From an uncultured Actinomycetes bacterium (GTDB lineage Bacteria; Actinomycetota; Acidimicrobiia; Acidimicrobiales; Ilumatobacteraceae): a DNA stretch of 64,000 nucleotides. The stretch is from assembly GCA_937876415.1 (NCBI GenBank), contig CALEHE010000301.1, positions 6,389-70,388 of the forward strand, in the 5' to 3' direction. The notes under the pieces are model-generated. The model ran no database searches, had not been told where the DNA came from, and was given only the letters and a program-made list of their open reading frames with translations. The translations under genes were made by a program, and so were the position numbers. Shown here one piece after another: positions 19,433-27,776 of the stretch (its first letter is position 1; each line of letters starts with the position of its first letter).

Positions 19433-20425
19433 TTAATAGGCGCTTGGCGACAAGGCCTTCACTGACTCCCAATAATTCAATTCAGGATCAAGAGCAAGAA
19501 TTGCCAGCGAACTCGTCGTTACTCCGTTATCAAAGTACGACTGAATTTTGGCCCGACATTCAGCCGGCGAACCATGAATCAGGATGTCATCGACAACCTC
19601 ATCGGGAATCGCAGCCAAGGCCGCCTTTCGGTCACCGGCCTTCCACGCGTCCCACATACCTTGTAATTGCGGACCGCGACCCAACCAGCGATGAAATTCG
19701 GCATACACCGGAACATTCAGATACGCAGCAATCGCGAAGCGCCCAGCAGCCCGCACCACTTCAGCATTTTCACTTGGACAAACAAATATTCGCGCCACGA
19801 TTTCGCGTTCTTCACCACCCGCTGCATCGTTCACAACTTCGGCAACTCGGCGCACGTCAGTCGGCGATAGCCAGTTGATAATCGCACCATCAGATTCACG
19901 TCCGGCCAATCGCAACATTCCTTCGCGTAGCGCCGCCACTAAAATTTTTGGCTTCATTTCGGGACGAACACCCAACTTGAAACCGTTGACCTCAAAAGTG
20001 TCATACGACTTTGCCACCTTTTCGCCCGATAAGGCATCGTTTAAGAAACGCACGACATCGCGCACTTTCTTGTACGGCTCGACAAACGGAATTCCATTCC
20101 ATTTCTCCACGATGACATTGCTACTCGAACCGATACCAATCGCAAAACGACCGGGAGCCGCATCAGCCATACTGGCAACACTCTGTGCAAAGCACGCTGG
20201 TGATCGCGTGTATGCCGGAACGATTGCTGTTCCTAAACGAAGACGAGGTTCCCAGGCTGCGGCCATTGCCAAAGGAGTGAAAGCATCCGCACCATCTGAT
20301 TCGGCTGACCAAATATCGGTGTAACCCATATCGGCCAGTTCAACGAGACGGTCACGATGGGTGTGCAAATGACCCGGTAACGGAACTGTCATACCTGGGC
20401 GACGAGGAAGCGAAGATGTCATCAC
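19433..20425 (-). CDS. LLM-class (luciferase-like) flavin/F420-dependent oxidoreductase
   Basis: About 320-330 aa TIM-barrel LLM pattern (GYTDIWSAE, AIGIGSS, GDRKAALAAIPDEVVDDILIHGSPAECRAKI). The start is ambiguous among 20425 GTG, 20422 ATG and 20392 ATG. Confidence 0.8.
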   Translation of the reverse strand: MMTSSLPRRPGMTVPLPGHLHTHRDRLVELADMGYTDIWSAESDGADAFTPLAMAAAWEPRLRLGTAIVPAYTRSPACFAQSVASMADAAPGRFAIGIGSSSNVIVEKWNGIPFVEPYKKVRDVVRFLNDALSGEKVAKSYDTFEVNGFKLGVRPEMKPKILVAALREGMLRLAGRESDGAIINWLSPTDVRRVAEVVNDAAGGEEREIVARIFVCPSENAEVVRAAGRFAIAAYLNVPVYAEFHRWLGRGPQLQGMWDAWKAGDRKAALAAIPDEVVDDILIHGSPAECRAKIQSYFDNGVTTSSLAILALDPELNYWESVKALSPSAY

Positions 20426-20480
20426 TTCATTGTTACCGACAGCGAAGGTCGCTCAAGACTCGGGACCACTTGTTTGATTT

Positions 20481-20613
20481 CCCAAAGGGGCTACTTATTA
20501 GCTATGTCTGTTGGCGACTTCGTCGCTCGCCCAGAGGGACTACTTCTTAGCTATATCTGATGGCGACTTCGTCGCTCGCCCAGAGGGGCTACTTCTTAGC
20601 TTTCCCAGAGGGG
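20481..20613. repeat. 49-bp tandem repeat, about 2.5 copies
   Basis: Copy 1 is 20481-20529 and copy 2 is 20530-20578, with 5 mismatches in 49. A partial copy 3 starts at 20579 and contains the stop codon and last codons of the thioesterase gene. The decamer CCCAGAGGGG recurs at 20481 (CCCAAAGGGG), 20530 (CCCAGAGGGA), 20579 and 20604. Confidence 0.9.
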
Positions 20614-21431
20614 CCCGGACCCGGCATGTCGCGCCAGAAGCGAATGATGCAACTTTGACTCGCAGTGGCCATCAACGTTCCGTCTTCAGCAAACATGTGC
20701 ACTAATCCGTGTCCGAATCCACGTTCAACCATATGAATCCGAATATCAAGCAACACCCATTCAGTCGGAACCAATTTTCCGATACGCAAGGTGTTGTCGA
20801 GACTGTTTCCACCGCCGCGAATACCTAGAGATTGACCAACACCCATCGGAACGAAGTCACCCAAAATTGACAACGTTGCCGCATCGACTCCTTCGATGAC
20901 TTCCGGAATACGCGACCACAACAAAACCTGACCGTCACCAGGTGTGCCATCAAGTTCTTCGAGTTCCTCTCGACCCTTGACCATCCGCTGGTCCATCCGA
21001 CCACTGATCGTTCCCGACCAATCAAGAACGTGAGGACGTTCCTTGCAGTCAAGTGGTTGAGGAATATTGAGTGGCATTTTCTCAAATTGGCCATGCTCTT
21101 CCAGATCACGATCGCCAAGCGCGGCATTGACCGTCAAAATCTCTCGATCACCCACATGACAAACGGCGCGAGCTTGCGTGATCTGATGACCATGCACCGC
21201 CAACGTGACATCAATGTCCATCACTTCGCCAGGTTTGGCATACGACAAGTACTGAGCTGTGGCCCATACAGCTTTACGACCAGAAGTGCCTTCCATCGCG
21301 GCAACTGCCGCCCCGAGGCCACAGCCGCCAAAAAGGAAGCCACCACCAGTACTAATGCCTTGCACGACAGGCAAGACCCATCGATGAGGATTGTGAGTGG
21401 GCTCTAATCCCAAGAACTGTCGGCTATCCAT
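20589..21431 (-). CDS. acyl-CoA thioesterase II-like (double hotdog) protein
   Basis: 280 aa whose N-terminal half (GGFLFGGCGLGAAVAAMEG ... AQYLSYAKPGE) and overall length resemble TesB-type thioesterases. Confidence 0.7.
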   Translation of the reverse strand: MDSRQFLGLEPTHNPHRWVLPVVQGISTGGGFLFGGCGLGAAVAAMEGTSGRKAVWATAQYLSYAKPGEVMDIDVTLAVHGHQITQARAVCHVGDREILTVNAALGDRDLEEHGQFEKMPLNIPQPLDCKERPHVLDWSGTISGRMDQRMVKGREELEELDGTPGDGQVLLWSRIPEVIEGVDAATLSILGDFVPMGVGQSLGIRGGGNSLDNTLRIGKLVPTEWVLLDIRIHMVERGFGHGLVHMFAEDGTLMATASQSCIIRFWRDMPGPGPSGKAKK

Positions 21432-21468
21432 CGTTGCAAACTCTAGGCGGGCACTAGCGTCAGCACCT

Positions 21469-22887
21469 ATGGCTGTGACTTCTCACTCAGGTACATCTGC
21501 ATCCGACACATGGCAGGGCGATGCGTGCTCGCTCGTTGACGCTTTCCGAGCTGGCGAACGCTCGCCCGTTGAAGAACTTGATGCGACGTACGCCGCTATC
21601 GAGGCGAGCGACCTCAACGCCTTTGGTCATCTTGATCGCGATCGCGCCTACGCCGCGGCGCGAAATGCCGATGTCAACTTGCCCTTCGGAGGTATCCCGA
21701 TTGGAGTCAAGGAACTTGATCAGGTCGCAGGTTGGCCCGACACCGAAGCATGCGTCGCTCTCGCACACATCGTTTCAGATTTCTCTTCGGTGATGATTCA
21801 ACGACTTGAAGATGCCGGCGTTGTTTTAGTTGGCCAAACCACCGCCAGTGAATTTGGTGGCGTGAATGTCACCCGAACAGTCATGCATGGTGCTACCCAC
21901 AACCCGTGGGAACACGGTCGCACACCGGGCGGATCTTCGGGCGGAAGTGCCGCTGCAGTTGCGGGAGGAATTGTCACGTTGGCAACTGCTGGCGACGGCG
22001 GTGGATCCATTCGTATTCCGGCAGGTTTCACCGGACTAGTTGGACTCAAAGCAACGTATGGTCGAATTCCTCGTGCACCAAAAGTGCAACTCGGAAATCT
22101 GACCACCGTGACCGGTTGCGTGACGCGCAGTGTTCGCGACACTGCGCGATGGTTCGACGTGACATCTGGTCATGACCCGCGCGATCCGCTCAGCTTGCCC
22201 AGTGTTGGAAAATGGGAACCCGAACTCGGATCATTCACTCAGGCACTTCGCGGACTGAGCGTTGCCGTCGTTCCTGATTGGGGCGGAGCAGTTGTCTCCC
22301 CAGCTATGTGGGAAGTCTTAAGCGCCGAAGCCGATCAACTCATTGCCGAACACGGATGGAAGCGCGTTGATATTGATACATCGTTGCCAAGTATGGGCGC
22401 GGCGTGGAGCATCAGCGGAATGTTGTCAATCCACGCGCAACTAGGAGACTTGTGGCCAGCATGTGCCGATGTACTCACACCAGAAATCGGTTTTGGTTTA
22501 GCAAGTACTGTCGAGCGTTACGGACCTGAGGCGCGCGCCCGCATTGAATCGCGTCGCACCGCATTGAATGAACGCATGGCCGAAATTTTCAATCAGGCAA
22601 CCGGTGTTGATTTGGTTCTCACCGCATCCAACCCCGACATCGCTTTTGATGCCGAAGGTCCACTGCCAGCAAAATTTGGTGGACTCCACGCGGGAGCAGG
22701 AAATAACGGTCGACTAACTTTCCCGGCGAACTTGCACGGCAATCCCGCAATTTCAATTCCGGCTGGATTCGTTGATGGACTCCCCGTCGGGCTGCAAGTG
22801 GTGTCACGGCACTTCACCGAACAACTACTTCTTGATATCGCACTTCATGTTGAGCGCAATCGTCCGTGGCCCCTCGTTGCATTGTGA
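21469..22887 (+). CDS. amidase (amidase-signature family)
   Basis: Contains the AS motif GGSSGGSAAAVAGG and GGSIRIPA. The ATG at 21469 was chosen because the longest ORF start (21397) would overlap the divergent thioesterase gene. Confidence 0.85.
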   Translation: MAVTSHSGTSASDTWQGDACSLVDAFRAGERSPVEELDATYAAIEASDLNAFGHLDRDRAYAAARNADVNLPFGGIPIGVKELDQVAGWPDTEACVALAHIVSDFSSVMIQRLEDAGVVLVGQTTASEFGGVNVTRTVMHGATHNPWEHGRTPGGSSGGSAAAVAGGIVTLATAGDGGGSIRIPAGFTGLVGLKATYGRIPRAPKVQLGNLTTVTGCVTRSVRDTARWFDVTSGHDPRDPLSLPSVGKWEPELGSFTQALRGLSVAVVPDWGGAVVSPAMWEVLSAEADQLIAEHGWKRVDIDTSLPSMGAAWSISGMLSIHAQLGDLWPACADVLTPEIGFGLASTVERYGPEARARIESRRTALNERMAEIFNQATGVDLVLTASNPDIAFDAEGPLPAKFGGLHAGAGNNGRLTFPANLHGNPAISIPAGFVDGLPVGLQVVSRHFTEQLLLDIALHVERNRPWPLVAL

Positions 22888-24251
22888 CTCAACTCAGCGC
22901 ACCAGTCACTGAAACTTCACATCGTCGTCGGGCATTAGCAATCGGTCTCGTCAGCAGTACTTCACTCGTTGCCTTTGAAACAACTTCACTCCTCACTGCA
23001 CTGCCGACAATCGCCGATGATTTAGTAGGTGACTCGTTATATGGAGCCACTCTTTCGGCGTACATGTTGGCCAGTATCGTCGGCCTCGTTTCGGCCGGCG
23101 AGCGAGCAGATCGCAGCGGACCCCGTGCTCCATTTGTTGTTTGCATCGCGATCTTCTTGTTTGGATTAGTTGTTGCGTCACTCGCCCCCTCTATGACTCT
23201 CGTGCTCGTTGGGCGAATTTTGCAAGGAGTAGGTGCCGGTGGAATAGCGCCCATCACCTTTGTCATCATCAAACGAGTTTGGCCCGAAGATCAACGTTCA
23301 CGAATCTTTGCGTGGGTCTCGGCTGGATGGGTCTTGCCAAGTTTGATTGCGCCTGGACTTGCTGGCTACGTCACTCGGGCCTTCGGTTGGCGGTGGGTGT
23401 TTATTGGAATCGCCCCAATCGCTCTAGCGACCGCGGTCTTGTCAGTGTCCGCAATGGGTTCATTGCGCTCCACTGATGAATCAAAGGCTCATGCACAAAC
23501 TCAAAAATCGCGCCTTCCCCAAGCAATTCTCCTCACGGCCGGAGTTGCTTTTTTCATCGCTGGTTTGCAAACAAAATTTGTGCTGCTGGCCATTGCTTTC
23601 ATCGGTCTCGGATTGATCTTGGCGATACCTAACTTCAACAAACTCATGCCGCCCGATATTTGGCGTGCCAAACGCGGACTTTCCGCAATTTTGGCGTGTC
23701 GTATGTTGGCCACTGCCGCTTTCCTGAGTATTGACTCATTTGTTCCACTCGCCGCAGATCGAATTCATGGCGCATCGGCAACGATCCAAGGGTTTGTGAT
23801 TATCGGTGCTGCATTGACTTGGAGTCTGGGTTCGGCTCTTTCCACGCGTCGCTCCCATATTCCGGTGGCGCGTTCTGCTGCAACTGGATTTGCCTTGATC
23901 TTGTTCGGCATTTTCGCGATCGCTCCGGTGCTGTCTCCAAACTGGCCTCTTCTAGCCACTTTCTTGGCGTGGTGTTTTGGTGGCTTTGGCATGGGCCTTC
24001 TTTTTGTACCAACGTCGGTGGCGGCGACTGCCTACGCCGACAATGGCAACGAGGGTCAAATCGGCGGCCAACTCACTTTGGCCGACAGTTTGGGATTTGC
24101 CCTCATGGGCGGAATCGGCGGTGCCACCGTTGCCGTTTCTGATCGCACCGATTGGCCACTCTCCCACGCACTCGGAACAAACTTTTTGATTGCGGCGATC
24201 CTCGCAGCACTCGGAATCGTGGCTAGCAGGGGTGTGGCTCAACGGACCTGA
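22884..24251 (+). CDS. MFS transporter
   Basis: About 12-14 hydrophobic helices and a motif-A-like segment (GERADRSGPR). GTG at 22884 forms a GTGA overlap with the amidase stop. GTG 22866 is an alternative start. Confidence 0.8.
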   Translation: MTQLSAPVTETSHRRRALAIGLVSSTSLVAFETTSLLTALPTIADDLVGDSLYGATLSAYMLASIVGLVSAGERADRSGPRAPFVVCIAIFLFGLVVASLAPSMTLVLVGRILQGVGAGGIAPITFVIIKRVWPEDQRSRIFAWVSAGWVLPSLIAPGLAGYVTRAFGWRWVFIGIAPIALATAVLSVSAMGSLRSTDESKAHAQTQKSRLPQAILLTAGVAFFIAGLQTKFVLLAIAFIGLGLILAIPNFNKLMPPDIWRAKRGLSAILACRMLATAAFLSIDSFVPLAADRIHGASATIQGFVIIGAALTWSLGSALSTRRSHIPVARSAATGFALILFGIFAIAPVLSPNWPLLATFLAWCFGGFGMGLLFVPTSVAATAYADNGNEGQIGGQLTLADSLGFALMGGIGGATVAVSDRTDWPLSHALGTNFLIAAILAALGIVASRGVAQRT

Positions 24252-24267
24252 TGCGCGAACATCAGGT

Positions 24268-25470
24268 ATGACGAAAACTGCACAAACTGCCCAACATGGT
24301 CCACTTCGCGGAATCAAAGTCCTCGACCTTTCCGTCATGATCTCTGGCCCACTTGCGGCGATGATGCTCGGCGACCAGGGCGCCGACGTCATCAAAGTGG
24401 AATCCCCCGGTCTTGGCGACTTCATGCGCTACCTCGGATCTGCCAAAGGTGGCATGACGGGAATCTTTGTCAACAACAATCGCGGCAAGCGGTCACTCGT
24501 TGTTGACTTGAAGAGCGAACAAGGAGTCGCAGTTCTGAAAAAACTCGCCGAAACCGCCGACGTTGTGATTCAAAACTTTCGACCAGGTGCAGTAGAGCGA
24601 CTGGGAATCGGTTACGAAGATCTCAAAAAAGTCAACCCACAGCTCATCTATGTGAGCATCAGTGGCTACGGCCCCGATGGTCCCGATAGCGGGCATCGTG
24701 TCTACGACAATGTGATTCAAGCCGCATCTGGATTAGCCAGCGTGCAAACCGATCCGCGTAACGGCGAACCTTCACTCTTTCGAACTTTGCTGTGCGACAA
24801 GGTCACCTCGCTGACCGCGGCGCAGGCAATTTCATCTGCGCTATACGCACGCGCTGCGGGCAATGCCGAAGGCCAGCACATTGTTCTCGCCATGCTCGAT
24901 GCAGCAGTCTCGTTCATGTGGCCAGATTCAGGTATGGACGCGGTTTTGTTGGATGATGATGCCAATCGCACTCCAACAATCGGACAGAACTACGGCATTA
25001 CGCGACTCAAAGATGGGTTTGCCGCAATAGCAGTAGTCAGCGATAGCGAGTTCCGTGGACTATGCCACGCCTATGGTCGCCCCGAACTCGCCGATGACGA
25101 ACGCTTTGCATCCATGGCTGGCCGAACCCTCAATGCCTCAGAACTTGTGCCACTCATGACCGAACTCTCCGCTCAGCAGTCGGCTCAAGATTTTGTGCAG
25201 CGCGCTCAATCATTCGATGTGCCAGCAGCCTCCGTAGTTGCCCTCGCTGATCTTCCTCATCAACCACAAATTATGAATAACAAGGTGTTCCTTGAACGCG
25301 AGCACCCCGTTGCCGGGCGAATTCGCGAACCCCGACCAGCCGCAAGGTTCTCGTCAACCCCCGCTCAAGCTGGAGGCCTCGCCCCCACTGCTGGCCAGCA
25401 CAGCGATGAAATCGTCACCGAAGTTGGACTTGATGCGGCGGCGCTACGGACTGCGGGTGTGATCTTCTAA
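24268..25470 (+). CDS. CaiB/BaiF family (type III) CoA-transferase
   Basis: The N-terminus GPLRGIKVLDLSVMISGPLAAMMLGDQGADVIKVE is the family hallmark. The ATG at 24268 is preferred over the 24190 extension. Confidence 0.85.
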   Translation: MTKTAQTAQHGPLRGIKVLDLSVMISGPLAAMMLGDQGADVIKVESPGLGDFMRYLGSAKGGMTGIFVNNNRGKRSLVVDLKSEQGVAVLKKLAETADVVIQNFRPGAVERLGIGYEDLKKVNPQLIYVSISGYGPDGPDSGHRVYDNVIQAASGLASVQTDPRNGEPSLFRTLLCDKVTSLTAAQAISSALYARAAGNAEGQHIVLAMLDAAVSFMWPDSGMDAVLLDDDANRTPTIGQNYGITRLKDGFAAIAVVSDSEFRGLCHAYGRPELADDERFASMAGRTLNASELVPLMTELSAQQSAQDFVQRAQSFDVPAASVVALADLPHQPQIMNNKVFLEREHPVAGRIREPRPAARFSSTPAQAGGLAPTAGQHSDEIVTEVGLDAAALRTAGVIF

Positions 25471-25582
25471 CCCCAGAATTTCTGAGTCAGGCTTTTCTTG
25501 ACAGTTTCCTGACGATCCAACACTGCCAATACTCCGATAAGTGACGTGTTGAGTACACGCCATTGACCGAAGTAGGACCACC

Positions 25583-26077
25583 ATGAAAAGACGCGACCGA
25601 GGCTCGAGCCTCATTGAAGTCGTCATCGCCGTTGCTCTCATGGGTGTGGTGCTCTCCGGCGTCTTTGGAGCGATGTGGTCAGCCATTCACCTGTCCAAAT
25701 TTTCTGATGACCAAGCCAAAGTTGAGGCGGTACTCGGCAGTGCTGCCGATCGTTTAGCGAACTACGCCTACATCCCGTGCCCAACCAACAACAGCAACGG
25801 CGGCTACCTCCCGATTATCCAAGCGGCCGCGGGAACGGTTGATTGGCCCCCAAATACCGTTGCTCTGACGGGCATGTATTTCTGGAACCCAACGTCGCCT
25901 GCGTCTGGTATCTGGCTGGAAACAAACGCACTTTCAGCAACCGAATGCAATGAGACCGCGTCACTAACAACAGCTCGAACATTGCAGCGGATCAAGTTCA
26001 CAGTCACGTCACCTTCTGGGTACGCAAAGTCATTGGAGGTGGTGAAGAGCAATGTGTTCCCGCGTTCAATTTCATAA
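25583..26077 (+). CDS. type IV pilin-like minor pilin (PilV/GspH-like) with prepilin-type N-terminus
   Basis: MKRRDRG/SSLIEVVIAVALMGVVLSGVF has a short basic leader, then Gly, Glu at +5 and a hydrophobic helix. The 164-aa protein has two Cys (C66, C122). Confidence 0.7.
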   Translation: MKRRDRGSSLIEVVIAVALMGVVLSGVFGAMWSAIHLSKFSDDQAKVEAVLGSAADRLANYAYIPCPTNNSNGGYLPIIQAAAGTVDWPPNTVALTGMYFWNPTSPASGIWLETNALSATECNETASLTTARTLQRIKFTVTSPSGYAKSLEVVKSNVFPRSIS

Positions 26078-27776
26078 AACCAACGCTCAACCGATTCAGC
26101 GCGATCGTGGTATGACACTCGTTGAATTACTAATGACGGTCACCATTCTCGGCATCATCATGACCAGTCTTTCAGCCGCAATGATTGTCATTCTCCGCAC
26201 TGAAGGTCCTATTAAGAATCATCTTTCTGAATCGAAGGACATTACATTTTTGCAAGCGTGGATACCTAATGATCTGGCGTCGGCAACAAGTCGCAATACC
26301 GAACCACTTTTCCAGCCATCAGCGACGATCGACTTGCTCGGCACCAATGTGCTGACGTTGAATCGTGCCGATATTTCAGCGAGCGGTATTTCCAGCAATT
26401 TCGTGGTGTCTTATCGTTATGTGCAATCAGGTGATGAATGGCAATTGCGGCGATACGAGATTCGCAATGTGGGACTAGCAAACCAAACTGTGACGCAAGT
26501 TGGGGTGGCTCACCAATTGGCATCCCCTCCCCCAACATGGAATCCAACACAATCACCAACTCACGCCGTCACCGTGACCTCGCGTAATCAAGTCGTCCTT
26601 CGACCAATCGGTGAAGACATTCAGGTGGTCTTTGGAAGTGGAGAACAATTCACGACTGGCGGCGCAGGTTTGTCGTCACAAGATCAGCTCCCCACCGATT
26701 ACATGGGTGGAATCATTGATCCCGCCGCACCACCAACTCGATGTGGCGGAACAGTGACTGTCGTCCTCGATACGTCTGTTTCAATTCCGTGGCAAGGTGG
26801 AGCAACATCTCTCGTCAACGCAGCCCTCGGCTTTATTGACGCTTTTTCGGGGACGCCAACTTTCATGCGTATTGTCGGCTTTGACGTCTCTGCGTATTCG
26901 TATTTTCCAACCACCGCTGGCCAATATGTCAACATTCTCAATCCCTCAAACGACCTCACCGCAATGCGGACCAAGGTCGATAACCAAGACTTATCTAACG
27001 CCCGCTGGGGCGGTGGAACGAACTGGGAAGACGGTTTGTGGCAAGCGTTTCGCACCAATGCCGGAACCCCTTTTTCTCAATTACCCGAACTAGTTGTCTT
27101 CATTTCTGATGGTGAACCAAACCGCAATCGAACCAATACATCCAACGACGGTGACGCTCGGTACAACACGACTGATCTGTCACGTGCGGTGACCGCGGCC
27201 AACTACGGACGTGGCACTGGCGCAAGAGTCGTCGGCATTCTCGTTGGCAACGACGCCAGCACAACCAACCAAGGTCGTATGAAGTCAGTCGTAGGAAATG
27301 TTGTCTGGAATGGAACTGGACCAACCAATCCCGGCAATGCCGCGGCCGCCGACTTTTTCTTGCCAGCCAACTCTGCATCCTTCGCCCAGTTAGGAAATGT
27401 CTTGCGTTCGATCAGCGCTGCCGTCTGTGGTGGAACTGTGACCGTTCAGAAACGAATAGAACAAAACGGAATACTTTCTGAAGCAACCGGAACTTGGTCG
27501 TACACAACTGATGTCGGTGTGCGTGACCTCAACACCGCAGAGTCGTCTTCGGCCACCTTTGATTACACATTTCCAGACGGTACAACAACTCGCACAGTGC
27601 AAATCACCGAGACTCCAAAATCTGGATACACATTTGTACGAGCAGATTGTTCTTCATCAGGAGTCATACTTCCCACCAGTCGACTCAGTGCGCCAGCAGA
27701 TGGATCGCCTGGTGCGGTGATTACCCTCAGTCCCGACGAAGCGGTTTCCTGCTTGATGGTGTCGCGGCCATCATGA
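26052..27776 (+). CDS. modular pilin-like protein: prepilin N-terminus + PilW-like region + vWA domain + CnaB/prealbumin-like domain
   Basis: The leader ...IQRDRG/MTLVELLMTVTILGIIMTS fits the prepilin N-methylation pattern exactly. MIDAS residues are DTSVS, GGTNWEDG and ISDGEPN (aa ~231-459). The C-terminal RTVQITETPKSGYTFVRADC resembles CnaB/SpaA domains. Confidence 0.75.
   Translation: MCSRVQFHKTNAQPIQRDRGMTLVELLMTVTILGIIMTSLSAAMIVILRTEGPIKNHLSESKDITFLQAWIPNDLASATSRNTEPLFQPSATIDLLGTNVLTLNRADISASGISSNFVVSYRYVQSGDEWQLRRYEIRNVGLANQTVTQVGVAHQLASPPPTWNPTQSPTHAVTVTSRNQVVLRPIGEDIQVVFGSGEQFTTGGAGLSSQDQLPTDYMGGIIDPAAPPTRCGGTVTVVLDTSVSIPWQGGATSLVNAALGFIDAFSGTPTFMRIVGFDVSAYSYFPTTAGQYVNILNPSNDLTAMRTKVDNQDLSNARWGGGTNWEDGLWQAFRTNAGTPFSQLPELVVFISDGEPNRNRTNTSNDGDARYNTTDLSRAVTAANYGRGTGARVVGILVGNDASTTNQGRMKSVVGNVVWNGTGPTNPGNAAAADFFLPANSASFAQLGNVLRSISAAVCGGTVTVQKRIEQNGILSEATGTWSYTTDVGVRDLNTAESSSATFDYTFPDGTTTRTVQITETPKSGYTFVRADCSSSGVILPTSRLSAPADGSPGAVITLSPDEAVSCLMVSRPS

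Noticed and set aside
20481-20613. The tandem repeats as a mini CRISPR array.
   Set aside because: The units are directly abutting 49-bp copies with no unique spacers, and there are no cas genes in the window.
21397-21468. The longest-ORF N-terminal extensions given in the ORF track. These are amidase 21397, CoA-transferase 24190, pilin-3 27647, enoyl-CoA hydratase 37633, PduO 11200, ABC ATPase 39742, cobB 8537 and SDR 54866.
   Set aside because: The extensions overlap neighbouring genes or hairpins, lack an RBS and add non-homologous residues ahead of conserved family N-termini. Internal starts with an RBS or 4-nt coupling fit better.
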